Below, one piece after another: positions 28,895 to 39,035 of a DNA stretch of 64,000 bases. This DNA is from an uncultured Actinomycetota bacterium. GTDB taxonomy: Bacteria > Actinomycetota > Actinomycetes > JAHEKZ01. Both the position numbers and the translations under genes were made by a program. Within the stretch, counting starts at the first letter, position 1. The number at the start of each line of letters is the position of its first letter. Location of the stretch: assembly GCA_963718235.1 (NCBI GenBank), contig CAVQYR010000002.1, forward strand, positions 576,001 to 640,000. Direction: 5' to 3'. The notes under the pieces are model-generated. The model had not been told where the DNA came from. It saw only the letters and a list, made by a program, of their open reading frames with translations, and made no database searches.

Positions 28895-29687
28895 GTGCCC
28901 ACCTCTCGATCACGGCCGCCACGACGGCGCCGAGCCTGGTGGCCGCCGCTGCTGCCGCAGCCACGACCGCGTCGGGGTCGATGACCTCGCCGGTTCCCTC
29001 ACGTGTGGTGACGACGGACAGCCCGAGCAGCTCGAGCCCGAGCTCGCGGGCCGCGATGGCCTCGAGCACCGTCGACATCCCGACGACGTCTGCGCCCAAC
29101 GTCCGCAGCATCGCCGTCTCCGCCATGGTCTGGTACTGCGGACCCGCCATCATGGCGTACACACCCTCGACGAGGGTTGGATCCGCCTGCCGGGCCCACT
29201 CGCGCAGCCGAGAGCTCCAGGTGCTGGACAGGTCGACGAACCTGGATCCGGTCAGTGGCGTCGCTCCGCTGAGGTTCAGGTGGTCGCTGACCAGCACACC
29301 GGTGCCGGTGGCCCAGTGCGGCTGCAGTGACCCGTTGGCACTGGTGAGGACGGCGACCCGGCAACCGGCCGCCGAGGCCGTGCGGACCGCGTGTGCGACC
29401 GCGTCGGGGCCATATCCCTCGTAGAGGTGCGTGCGGCCGAGGAACGCCAGGACCGCTGTGCCGTTCAAGTCGTACGACCTCACCCGGCCGGCGTGCCCTT
29501 CGGCGGTTGGGGCATGGAACCCGGGCAGGTCGGTGACTGACAGGTCAGCGACGGGTCGCCCCAGGGCCTGCGCCGCGTCGGTCCACCCCGAGCCGAGTAC
29601 GACGACGACGTCGTGCTGCTCGACACCGACGGCGGTGGCGAGGGCTGATGCCGCCTCGGTGGCCAGCGGGTAGGGGTCGCCCGGCAT
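28884..29687 (-). CDS. Trimeric-type purine nucleoside phosphorylase, divergent base pocket
   Basis: VLGSGW, GHAG, GRTHLYEG, SDHLN, EGVY, GADVVGMST; has GPQYQT and VVTT where GPxYET and VTN are expected. Confidence 0.88.
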   Translation of the reverse strand: MPGDPYPLATEAASALATAVGVEQHDVVVVLGSGWTDAAQALGRPVADLSVTDLPGFHAPTAEGHAGRVRSYDLNGTAVLAFLGRTHLYEGYGPDAVAHAVRTASAAGCRVAVLTSANGSLQPHWATGTGVLVSDHLNLSGATPLTGSRFVDLSSTWSSRLREWARQADPTLVEGVYAMMAGPQYQTMAETAMLRTLGADVVGMSTVLEAIAARELGLELLGLSVVTTREGTGEVIDPDAVVAAAAAAATRLGAVVAAVIERWAHVR

Positions 29688-29699
29688 GGATGGATCGTG

Positions 29700-30608
29700 T
29701 CAGGTCGGCGACCGAAAGGCCCTCAACTGGGCGGTCGTTGGCCCGGACGCGCCGCCGCGCCGGGTGGTGGCGTACGCCGCAGCCAGGTTTGCCGTGGAGA
29801 CAGCCTGCTCCCAGTCCACCCCGCGGTGCAGGGCCGCGAGTGTGGCTCCCACGTGCACGTCCCCGGCGCCGTTGGTGTCGACCGGTACGACCGGGTGCGT
29901 CGGCACGGTCGTCGGGTCCTGGCCCGGCCGCGCCAGCTCGACGCCGCCTGCACCCGCGCGTCGGATCACCACAGCGTGGCTGCCGAGCATGTCGCTCAGC
30001 CTCGGCATCAGCTGCTGCTCACGGGTGCTCCAGGACAGCAGGTCGACCCGAGGAGCGACCCGTTGCCAGACCTCAGCGGCGATGTCGGCGATGAGTGGTC
30101 CGGGGTCGAGCACGAGCAGCGCACCGTCGGGCAGAGCGGCCACCCGGTCCGCCAGGGGGCGGCTGCTGACCGGGTAGGCGAGGTCGTAGCCGGTGACGTA
30201 GACGGCATCGGTCCGGTGCACCTCGACCGGCTCGAGCAGCTCGTCGGACATCTCGGTGTCGGCGCCGCCGACGGTGACGAAGGTCCGCTCACCGTCGAAG
30301 TCGACGAGGGTCAGGCAGTAGCCGGTGTCCGCGGCGGGGCTCATCGGTGTCAGGACGTCGATGCCCTCGTCGCGCAGCGCCGCCCGCAGCAGGTCACCTC
30401 GTGGTCCGTGACCGTGCGGTCCGGCGTAGGCGGTGGGCATGCCAAGACGCGCGGCCGCGCTGGCCACGTTGAACGCACCGCCGGGTTCGTCGGTCACTGG
30501 TCGGGCGAGCACGTCGCCCCCGCGTGGCGGCAGGTGCGGGACGTCGAGGACGACGTCGATCAGCGCGCTGGCCATCACCACCAGGCGGGCCGGCCGAGGC
30601 GCACTCAT
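29700..30608 (-). CDS. PfkB/ribokinase family sugar kinase
   Basis: GGAFNVASAAARLG, DTG, DGERTF, DPGP, VDTNGAGD; ATGA overlap with the ARH gene. Confidence 0.92.
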   Translation of the reverse strand: MSAPRPARLVVMASALIDVVLDVPHLPPRGGDVLARPVTDEPGGAFNVASAAARLGMPTAYAGPHGHGPRGDLLRAALRDEGIDVLTPMSPAADTGYCLTLVDFDGERTFVTVGGADTEMSDELLEPVEVHRTDAVYVTGYDLAYPVSSRPLADRVAALPDGALLVLDPGPLIADIAAEVWQRVAPRVDLLSWSTREQQLMPRLSDMLGSHAVVIRRAGAGGVELARPGQDPTTVPTHPVVPVDTNGAGDVHVGATLAALHRGVDWEQAVSTANLAAAYATTRRGGASGPTTAQLRAFRSPT

Positions 30609-31645
30609 GGGTGGGCGCCTGACCCGCCAACGTCGCCGGAGCGCAGGGCCAGCAGGCCCTCGACGAGCGGCTCGAGCTCGAGGGAGTTCACCGTGCGGAT
30701 CGTGGTGACAGCGTCGTCGGGCCAACCGGCCATCCCGTGCGCCGCGCCGACCATGGACCCCACCATGGCGGCGATGGTGTCACTGTCCCCGCCCAGGGCG
30801 GCCGCGGCCGTGACTGCCGCCCAGGGGTTGTCGGCGTGCAGTGCCGTTACCGCGAACGCGGCAGGAACCGCCTCCTGGGTGAGCAGGCTGGTCCCGACGA
30901 GTCGGTCGACGGCATCCAGCGCGGACTCCGTCCCATGCGACGCCGACGTCGACCGCGCCAGGTCGACCGCCCACACGATGCGGGCCGACACGCTGGGACC
31001 GGCCACCCAGTGGCCGCGGGTCTGGGCCAGCCGGGCTGCCTCGACGGCGCGGGGGAACGACTCGCCGACCGGGTGGCCCTCGACGCCGCAGCTGACCATG
31101 GCGGCCACGGCTGCCGCACCGGCATGGGCGAGCCCGGTGTCGTGCGTCGGGAGGTCGGCTGCCACGACGGCGTCGACGAGGCCGGACACCGGTTCGGGTG
31201 GCGTTGCGACGCCGACCGGTGTGATGCGCATCGCAGCCCCGTCGGTGGCCCCGCTGCTTCCGGTGGTGCGCGGGTCGACCCCGTCGGCGATGGCGGCGAG
31301 GGCCCGTCTCGTGGAGGGGCCGAGCAGGTCCAGCGAGCCTCGGTCGCGCACGTCGGCCTCCCAGTCCAGCAGGCGCCGGGCGAGCTGGTGCGCGTCGACC
31401 CGACCGCGCCCCTCGACGAGCAGCTGGGCGACGACCAGTGCCTGCTCGGTGTCGTCGGTGACCGTTCCGGCCGGCAGGTGCGCACTGACCCGCTGGTCAG
31501 GGGGGGCGTCCTCGAACGTCGCTGCGGCCAGGATCTCCCGAGCGCGGGACCGCGGCAGCTCCTGGGTCGGCATGCCCAGCGCATCTCCGATGGCGAGCCC
31601 GTAGAACGCGGCCAGCGCCCGGTCGTTGCGGGTCGAAGCGGTCAC
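30605..31645 (-). CDS. ADP-ribosylglycohydrolase family protein (YegU-like)
   Basis: GLAIGDALGMPT, TDDTEQ, GPST, GAAMR, TH, GGDSDTIAAM. Confidence 0.93.
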   Translation of the reverse strand: MTASTRNDRALAAFYGLAIGDALGMPTQELPRSRAREILAAATFEDAPPDQRVSAHLPAGTVTDDTEQALVVAQLLVEGRGRVDAHQLARRLLDWEADVRDRGSLDLLGPSTRRALAAIADGVDPRTTGSSGATDGAAMRITPVGVATPPEPVSGLVDAVVAADLPTHDTGLAHAGAAAVAAMVSCGVEGHPVGESFPRAVEAARLAQTRGHWVAGPSVSARIVWAVDLARSTSASHGTESALDAVDRLVGTSLLTQEAVPAAFAVTALHADNPWAAVTAAAALGGDSDTIAAMVGSMVGAAHGMAGWPDDAVTTIRTVNSLELEPLVEGLLALRSGDVGGSGAHP

Positions 31646-31682
31646 TCGATCATGGTGTCAGGTCCCCTTCTAGGCTTCGGCC

Positions 31683-32768
31683 ATGTCGGAGGACCCGTCG
31701 GCCGAGGTTCCTGCGCCGAAGAAGACCAGTCGTCGGACCCAGGTCATCTCGGGGCTGGTCACGCTCGTGACGCTCGTCGTCATCTTCGCTTTCCTGTTCC
31801 CGAAGTTCGGCGACTACGCGCAGGCCTGGGCGTACGTCCAGAAGATGCCGGCCTGGTCGTTGGTCCTGTTGGCGTTCGCCGTCGTGCTGAACATCCTGGT
31901 CTACGTATGGCCGTTCGTTGCCGCGCTGCCGGGGATCCGGTTCGGTCCGGCGTTCGTCGTCCGGCAGACGTCGTTCATGATCTCCAACACGATCCCCGCC
32001 GGCGGTGCCTTCGGGCTCGCCGTCCAGTACGGGATGCTGGGCTCGTACGGAATCAAGGCCGGACCGACGACGAGTGCGATCGCGATCAACTCGCTGTGGA
32101 ACATCCTGGCCACCCTCGCGCTCCCCATGGTCGGGGCGTTGGCGCTGCTGGTCTCCGGCGACCTCACCACCCACGCCGTCGTGGTGGGCCTCCTGAGCCT
32201 GCTGGTGATCGCCGTGTCCGGCGTACTCCTGTGGGTCGTCGTGCGCAGCGAGAACGGCGCACGCAAGGTCGGCGAGCTCCTGGACCGGATCGTGTCGTGG
32301 GGACTGCACGTCGTCCACCGACCGCGTCAGCTGGACGTCACGACGCAGGTGCTCGACCTCAGGCACCACGTCGAAGGCGTGGTGCGTGCGCACTGGCTGG
32401 TCCTGTCGATCAGCAACCTGGCGATGCAGCTCACGTCGTGGTTCGTGCTGTTCGTCGCCCTGCGGGGCATCCAGTCGGAGTCCGGGCCGCCGTACGTCAC
32501 CTGGAGCGAGTCGCTGGCCGCGTTCGCGTCGGCCCGCCTGGCCAGCTTCATCCCGGTGACTCCCGGGGGCCTGGGCACGGTCGACGCGGCGCTGACGACC
32601 CTGCTGGTGAACTTCGGCGCGACCAACAACCAGGCCTTGGCGGCCGACCTGGTCTGGAGGGCTGGCACCTTCATCCCCCAGGTCGTGCTCGGCGTGCTGA
32701 CCTTCCTGTGGTGGCGGGTGACGTCCAAGCGGCGCAGGGCCAGGCTGGCCGCCGAGTCCGCGGGCTGA
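31683..32768 (+). CDS. Lysylphosphatidylglycerol synthase TM / UPF0104 flippase-like membrane protein
   Basis: About eight TM helices, SNTIPAGG, PVTPGGLGTVDA, LVWR; TAGGCT 6 nt before the ATG. Confidence 0.85.
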   Translation: MSEDPSAEVPAPKKTSRRTQVISGLVTLVTLVVIFAFLFPKFGDYAQAWAYVQKMPAWSLVLLAFAVVLNILVYVWPFVAALPGIRFGPAFVVRQTSFMISNTIPAGGAFGLAVQYGMLGSYGIKAGPTTSAIAINSLWNILATLALPMVGALALLVSGDLTTHAVVVGLLSLLVIAVSGVLLWVVVRSENGARKVGELLDRIVSWGLHVVHRPRQLDVTTQVLDLRHHVEGVVRAHWLVLSISNLAMQLTSWFVLFVALRGIQSESGPPYVTWSESLAAFASARLASFIPVTPGGLGTVDAALTTLLVNFGATNNQALAADLVWRAGTFIPQVVLGVLTFLWWRVTSKRRRARLAAESAG

Positions 32769-32933
32769 GCCGACCAGCGGAGCCGACCGGGCCAACCGCG
32801 TCGAGCAGCAGGCCGTGGGACCAAGGGCCCGCTGCAGGCGCGGCGCACCGCGTGCGAGACTCGGTGGACCGGCTCCACCCCCGCCGCCGCTACCGGCCGT
32901 CGCAACCCGGCCGCCGACCTCGTGGAGGGCTCC

Positions 32934-34217
<1,284 letters not shown>

Positions 34218-34607
34218 TCAGCTGCCGAGCTCGGCATCCAGGGCTGCTCGCTCGGCATCGTTCAGCGGGCGTGAGCGCTTGGTCTGCAGGTCTCGGGCGA
34301 CCAGCACGCACTCGCCTTGTGCGGCAATGGTCCCGTCGCGTTTGAGCACGGTCTCCTTGGTGCGCACGCTCGACGTTCCGTAGCCGACCAGCTCGCTGCG
34401 CACGGTGATCTCGCCGTCGTCCTGAGTGACCTCGTCGCGGAAGTCGATCGCGACCCGAGCGATGACGATGTCGTAGGCGGAGTCGCCGAACAGCTGCACG
34501 CTCAGCTGGTCGCGTGCCTCTTCCAGGTAGTTCAGGTAGACCGCGTTGTTGACGTGCCCATAGGCGTCCATGTCGGCCCAGCGCACCCGGATGCGTACCT
34601 CGACCAT
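34218..34607 (-). CDS. Acyl-CoA thioesterase (4HBT/FcbC hotdog fold)
   Basis: VRWADMDAYGHVNNAVYLNYLEEAR; TACCGT 6 nt before the ATG. Confidence 0.92.
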   Translation of the reverse strand: MVEVRIRVRWADMDAYGHVNNAVYLNYLEEARDQLSVQLFGDSAYDIVIARVAIDFRDEVTQDDGEITVRSELVGYGTSSVRTKETVLKRDGTIAAQGECVLVARDLQTKRSRPLNDAERAALDAELGS

Positions 34608-34827
34608 GGCGACACGGTATCGCTGGCGGTGGGGTGGGCCGTGCGGCCCGGCTCGGGCAGCGACGCGACCGGGGCGAGTGGAACCTCCCGGGCGGCTCCG
34701 GTTCCGCTGAGCCAGTGAGTAGGAGAGCTGTCGGACCTGAACCTCCCCCCCCCTGCGCCAACGCGCCGCACCAGCCGCAAGCGACTCGTCCGACTCGGCC
34801 GCAGCGTGAGTGGGTAGCGTCGTCGGC

Positions 34828-36039
34828 ATGCGGCTGCTGCACACGTCCGACTGGCATCTCGGGCGTACCCTGCACAACGAGTCGTTGCTCGACGCCCAGC
34901 GGGGTGCTCTCGGCCAGATCGTCGACCTCGTCGACACCCACGACGTCGACGCGGTGCTCGTCTCCGGCGACGTCTTCGACCGAGCGGTCCCCCCGGTCGA
35001 GGCGGTGACGATGCTGGCCGAGACCCTGCACCAGCTCACCGCGCGCGTGCCCGTGGTGGTGATCTCGGGCAACCACGACTCCGCGGTGCGGCTGGGCTTC
35101 GGTGCTGACCTGTTCGCCCACCCCCTGCACGTGCGTACCCGCGCCGACCAGGTCGGCCGACCGGTCGAGCTCGCCAACGAGCACGGCCCAGTGCTGATCT
35201 ACCCGATCCCCTTCCTCGACCCCGATGCCGCCCGGTACGTCCTGGCTGACGGCGACGAACCACTGGAGCGCAGTCACGACGCGGTGCTCCGGGCGGCCAT
35301 GCGCCGGGTCACGACCGACCTGCAGCAGCGAACGAACGAGTCGGGCGACTCGGTCCGCAGCGTGGTGATGGCTCACGCCTTCGTGGTCGCGGGCCCGTCC
35401 CTCGACGACGAGCAGACCCGCAGTGACAGTGAGCGCGACATCCGGGTCGGTGGCACCGACAGCGTCTCCTCGAGCCTGTTCGCCGGCGTCGACTACGTCG
35501 CTCTGGGGCATCTGCACGCGCCACAGCAGCCGCGGTCGCCTGAGCAGGGCGGACGCAAGAGCATCCTCCGCTACTCGGGATCGCCGTTGCGGTACTCCTT
35601 CTCCGAGGCGACGCACACCAAGTCGGTCACTCTGGTCGATCTCGACTCGTCCGGTGTGACGGCCATCACCGCCGTCCCTCTGGCCCAGCCGCGTGAGATG
35701 GCCGTTCTGGTCGGCGCCTTCGACGACCTGCTCGACCCGGATCGCCATGTCGGTCTGACACAGGCGTGGGCCCAGCTGACCGTCACCGACCCGGCCCGTC
35801 CCGAGCAGATGGTGCCCCGGCTGCGCGAGCGGTTCCCGCATGCCCTCGTCGTGCGGCACCAGCCCGCGTCAGGCCCGCTGCTCACCAGTGGGGGCGGGTC
35901 CGGAGTCGAGGCTCTCGACCCCTTGGAGGTCGTCGAGTCCTTCGTCCAGTACGTGACCGGCGCTGACGCGAGCCCCGACGAACTCAGGGTCTTCGCCTCG
36001 GCCTACGAGTCCGTGAACGCGGCCGAGCGGAGCGCTTGA
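34828..36039 (+). CDS. sbcD: SbcCD nuclease subunit D (Mre11-like)
   Basis: HTSDWHLG, SGDVFD, GNHDS, AHAF, LGHLH, RYSGSPLRYSFSE. Confidence 0.96.
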   Translation: MRLLHTSDWHLGRTLHNESLLDAQRGALGQIVDLVDTHDVDAVLVSGDVFDRAVPPVEAVTMLAETLHQLTARVPVVVISGNHDSAVRLGFGADLFAHPLHVRTRADQVGRPVELANEHGPVLIYPIPFLDPDAARYVLADGDEPLERSHDAVLRAAMRRVTTDLQQRTNESGDSVRSVVMAHAFVVAGPSLDDEQTRSDSERDIRVGGTDSVSSSLFAGVDYVALGHLHAPQQPRSPEQGGRKSILRYSGSPLRYSFSEATHTKSVTLVDLDSSGVTAITAVPLAQPREMAVLVGAFDDLLDPDRHVGLTQAWAQLTVTDPARPEQMVPRLRERFPHALVVRHQPASGPLLTSGGGSGVEALDPLEVVESFVQYVTGADASPDELRVFASAYESVNAAERSA

Positions 36040-39035
36040 TGCGGCTCCATCGGCTCACGCTGCGTGCGGTCGGGCCGTTCGCCGGGCAGTACTCCGTCGA
36101 CTTCGACCGACTGGGATCGTCCGGGCTCTTCCTGCTGGAGGGGCCGACCGGGGCCGGCAAGTCGAGCATCATCGACGCCGTCGTCTTCGCGCTGTACGGC
36201 AAGGTCGCCGGGCACGACGCCAGCGACGACCGGATGCACTCCGACTTCGCCGAGCCGAACGTCGAGCCCTTCGTCGAGCTCGACTTCAGCACCTCGTCGG
36301 GGCTCTACCGGGTGCGCCGGACCCCGAAGTACGAGCGACCGAAGGTGCGTGGCACCGGGACCGCCACCCAGAACGCCACGGCCAGGCTGTGGCGGTTGGC
36401 CAGCCCCGACTCCGAGACCGGCGAGCCGCTGACGACCCGGATCGAGGAGACCGCCACCGCCGTCCTCGACGCGGTCGGGCTGAGCCGTGACCAGTTCGTG
36501 CAGACGGTGGTGCTGCCACAGGGTGAGTTCGCGTCGTTCCTGCGTGCGCCGGCCGAGAGCCGGCGCGCCATGCTGCAGCGGCTGTTCGGCACCGAGGTCT
36601 ACGACAAGGTCGTCCGCCGTCTGGAGGAGATGCGCCGGTCGGCCCACGAGGCGCGGCGGGAGTCCGACGTCCGGGTACGGGAGGCGGTGGCCGCATTCGG
36701 CGGAGCGGCGGGGCTGGAGCCCGACGACGCGTCCGCACTGATGGCGAGGGTCGACGACCTGGACGATGCCGACACACAGGTGGCCGCGGGGCGGGCGGTT
36801 ATCGAGCGGCTCGAGGGTGAGTCCACGCTGCTGGCTGAGCTCCGATCCGAGGCGCTTCGCACCGCGCAGCAGCGGGCGACCGAGCTCCACCAGGCGCGTG
36901 ACCGGGAGGAGCGGCGCCAGCGCAAGGAGACGCTCGTGTCCAGGGCCGACGAGCTCGCGACCACACGCGACGCGCAGCAGACGCTGCGCCGGCGCCTCGA
37001 CCTGGCCGAGCGGGCTGAACGGGTCAGGGCGGTGCTCGACGGTCTGCGCAGCTGCGAGCGACGACTCGCCGTGGTGGAGCAGCGCATCGAACGGGCCACC
37101 CGGGTGCTCCCCGAGCACCTCCGTGATGCCGCACCCGCCCGATGGTCGCTCGAGGCGCGCCAGCTGCGAGACGACGCCGCACAGCTCGCCGACCGGGTCG
37201 ACGACGAGGAGTCGCTGCCGCTGCGGCGCCAGGAGACGATCCTGGCCCGGTCGGCCGCAGACGAGCTGCACGAGCTGCTCGCGCAGGCCACGGCGACAGC
37301 AGCTGCACTGCCCGAGCAGGTCGAGCAGCTGCGGCTCCAGCGCGACGAGGTCGTGCGGCGCATCGCCGGCGCCGACTCGGCGACTGCTGGCCTCCGGGTC
37401 GCTGCCGCGCAGCACGCCGCCGCACAACGCGTCGACGACCTGACCGTGTCCCTGACCACTGCAGCGACTCGGGCCGAGCGCGCCGCCGAGAGCGCACGAG
37501 CGGCGCAGGAGCACGAGAACGACCTGCGCCAACGACACATCGCCGGCATGGCTGGGGCACTGGCCGCTGGTCTGGCCAGGGACCAGCCGTGCCCGGTGTG
37601 CGGGTCCTTGGAGCACCCGCGCCCGGCCCGTCGTCAACCGGGCGACGTCGACGCGGCCGAGGTCGACGCCGCGGAGCAGGTGCGGCGAGCATCGCTCGAG
37701 GCGCTCGAGGCGGCGTCCTCGACCGTGGCGCAGCTGCGGGCCGAGCTCGCCTCGGCGAGGGCCGAGTCCGGCGGCCTTGCCGCCGCCGCCGCCGCCGCGG
37801 CGGTCGTGGCAGCCGAACGGAGAGTGGGCGACGTGTCAGCCGCGCAGATCGACCGCGACCGGATCGAGACCGCGCTCGCTGCCCTCGAGGTACGCCGTGC
37901 TGAGCTCGCCGAGGCGTCGGTCTTGCTGACGTCGCAGTCGACGGCCGCGGCCACGAGGGCCTCCGCCCTGGAGGAAGCCCTCGATGTGCTCGAGGGCCTG
38001 CTGCTCGCGGCCCGTGGCCCGCACGAGTCGGTGGCTGCCCGCGTGACCTCGATGCTTCGGGCCGCCGAGCGGCTGGAGGCGGCCGAGGCTGCGGCCCATG
38101 AGCTGCAGGCCGTTCGCGACGAACGAGCCGGGTGGGCCGACAAGCTCGCCCAGGCGTGCCGTGAGCAGGGCTTCGCCGACAGCACAGCCGTCGACGAGGC
38201 GTTGGTCTGCGACGACGAACGCCACGTGTGGGCGTCGGAGGTGGCCCGGTACGACAACGACGTGGCAGCCGTGTCAGCCGCGTTGGCCGACCCGTCGCTG
38301 GGCTCGGTCGACGTCGATGCCGTCATCGACCTGTCACCCCTGGTCGAAGCCGACCTCGCCGCCAGCGATCGTGCCCGGCGAGCCGAGGGCCGGGCAGCGT
38401 CCCTCGAGCAGCGGCTGAGGACGACCCGCGCCGCGTTCGACTCCTGGCGGTCGACCCTGGCCGACCGTTCGAGGCAGCTCACCGACACAGCCACCGTCAT
38501 CCGCACCGCCAACCTGATGGCCGCGGCGACCAGTGACAACGCGCGGGCGATGACGCTGCCGACCTACGTGCTGCTCGAGCGGTTCAGGGCGGTCGTGGCC
38601 GCCGCCAACGAGCGGCTGTCCCAGATGAGCGACGGTCGGTACGCACTCGAGCACAAGGAGGAGCGCGACGCGGGGCGCCGCTCGGGCCTTGGGCTCGTCG
38701 TCCGGGACACCCTCACCGAGCAGTCCCGCGCCCCCGGGACTCTGTCGGGCGGAGAGACCTTCTACTGCTCGTTGGCCCTGGCCCTCGGCCTGGCCGACGT
38801 CGTGACGGCGGAGGCTGGCGGGATCGACCTCGGGACTCTCTTCGTCGACGAGGGGTTCGGCATGCTCGACCCCGACACACTGGAGCAGGTCCTCGGCGTG
38901 CTCGGTGGCCTGCGGTCCGGCGGCCGAGTGGTCGGGATCGTCAGCCACGTTCCCGAGCTGAACGAGCGGATCAGCGAACGGGTCGTGGTCCGCCGCAAGG
39001 CCGACGGCTCGAGCCGGCTGGAGGTCGTCGCGTGA
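36039..39035 (+). CDS. sbcC: SbcCD ATPase subunit C (Rad50/SMC-like)
   Basis: GPTGAGKS, LPQGEF Q-loop, long coiled coil, CPVCGS zinc hook, LSGGE, FVDEGFG, SH; TGATG coupling to sbcD. Confidence 0.96.
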   Translation: MRLHRLTLRAVGPFAGQYSVDFDRLGSSGLFLLEGPTGAGKSSIIDAVVFALYGKVAGHDASDDRMHSDFAEPNVEPFVELDFSTSSGLYRVRRTPKYERPKVRGTGTATQNATARLWRLASPDSETGEPLTTRIEETATAVLDAVGLSRDQFVQTVVLPQGEFASFLRAPAESRRAMLQRLFGTEVYDKVVRRLEEMRRSAHEARRESDVRVREAVAAFGGAAGLEPDDASALMARVDDLDDADTQVAAGRAVIERLEGESTLLAELRSEALRTAQQRATELHQARDREERRQRKETLVSRADELATTRDAQQTLRRRLDLAERAERVRAVLDGLRSCERRLAVVEQRIERATRVLPEHLRDAAPARWSLEARQLRDDAAQLADRVDDEESLPLRRQETILARSAADELHELLAQATATAAALPEQVEQLRLQRDEVVRRIAGADSATAGLRVAAAQHAAAQRVDDLTVSLTTAATRAERAAESARAAQEHENDLRQRHIAGMAGALAAGLARDQPCPVCGSLEHPRPARRQPGDVDAAEVDAAEQVRRASLEALEAASSTVAQLRAELASARAESGGLAAAAAAAAVVAAERRVGDVSAAQIDRDRIETALAALEVRRAELAEASVLLTSQSTAAATRASALEEALDVLEGLLLAARGPHESVAARVTSMLRAAERLEAAEAAAHELQAVRDERAGWADKLAQACREQGFADSTAVDEALVCDDERHVWASEVARYDNDVAAVSAALADPSLGSVDVDAVIDLSPLVEADLAASDRARRAEGRAASLEQRLRTTRAAFDSWRSTLADRSRQLTDTATVIRTANLMAAATSDNARAMTLPTYVLLERFRAVVAAANERLSQMSDGRYALEHKEERDAGRRSGLGLVVRDTLTEQSRAPGTLSGGETFYCSLALALGLADVVTAEAGGIDLGTLFVDEGFGMLDPDTLEQVLGVLGGLRSGGRVVGIVSHVPELNERISERVVVRRKADGSSRLEVVA

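Noticed and set aside
34735-34760. 6C RNA
   Set aside because: Only one long C run, and it is not clearly in the loop of twin hairpins.
37778-37803. GCC trinucleotide run
   Set aside because: Poly-Ala within the SbcC coiled coil; ordinary for this GC content.
34828-39035. SMC-based defence system (Wadjet/Lamassu-type)
   Set aside because: Motifs and gene order are canonical SbcD-SbcC with a zinc hook; no kleisin, KITE or known effector genes. Only the third gene is unusual.
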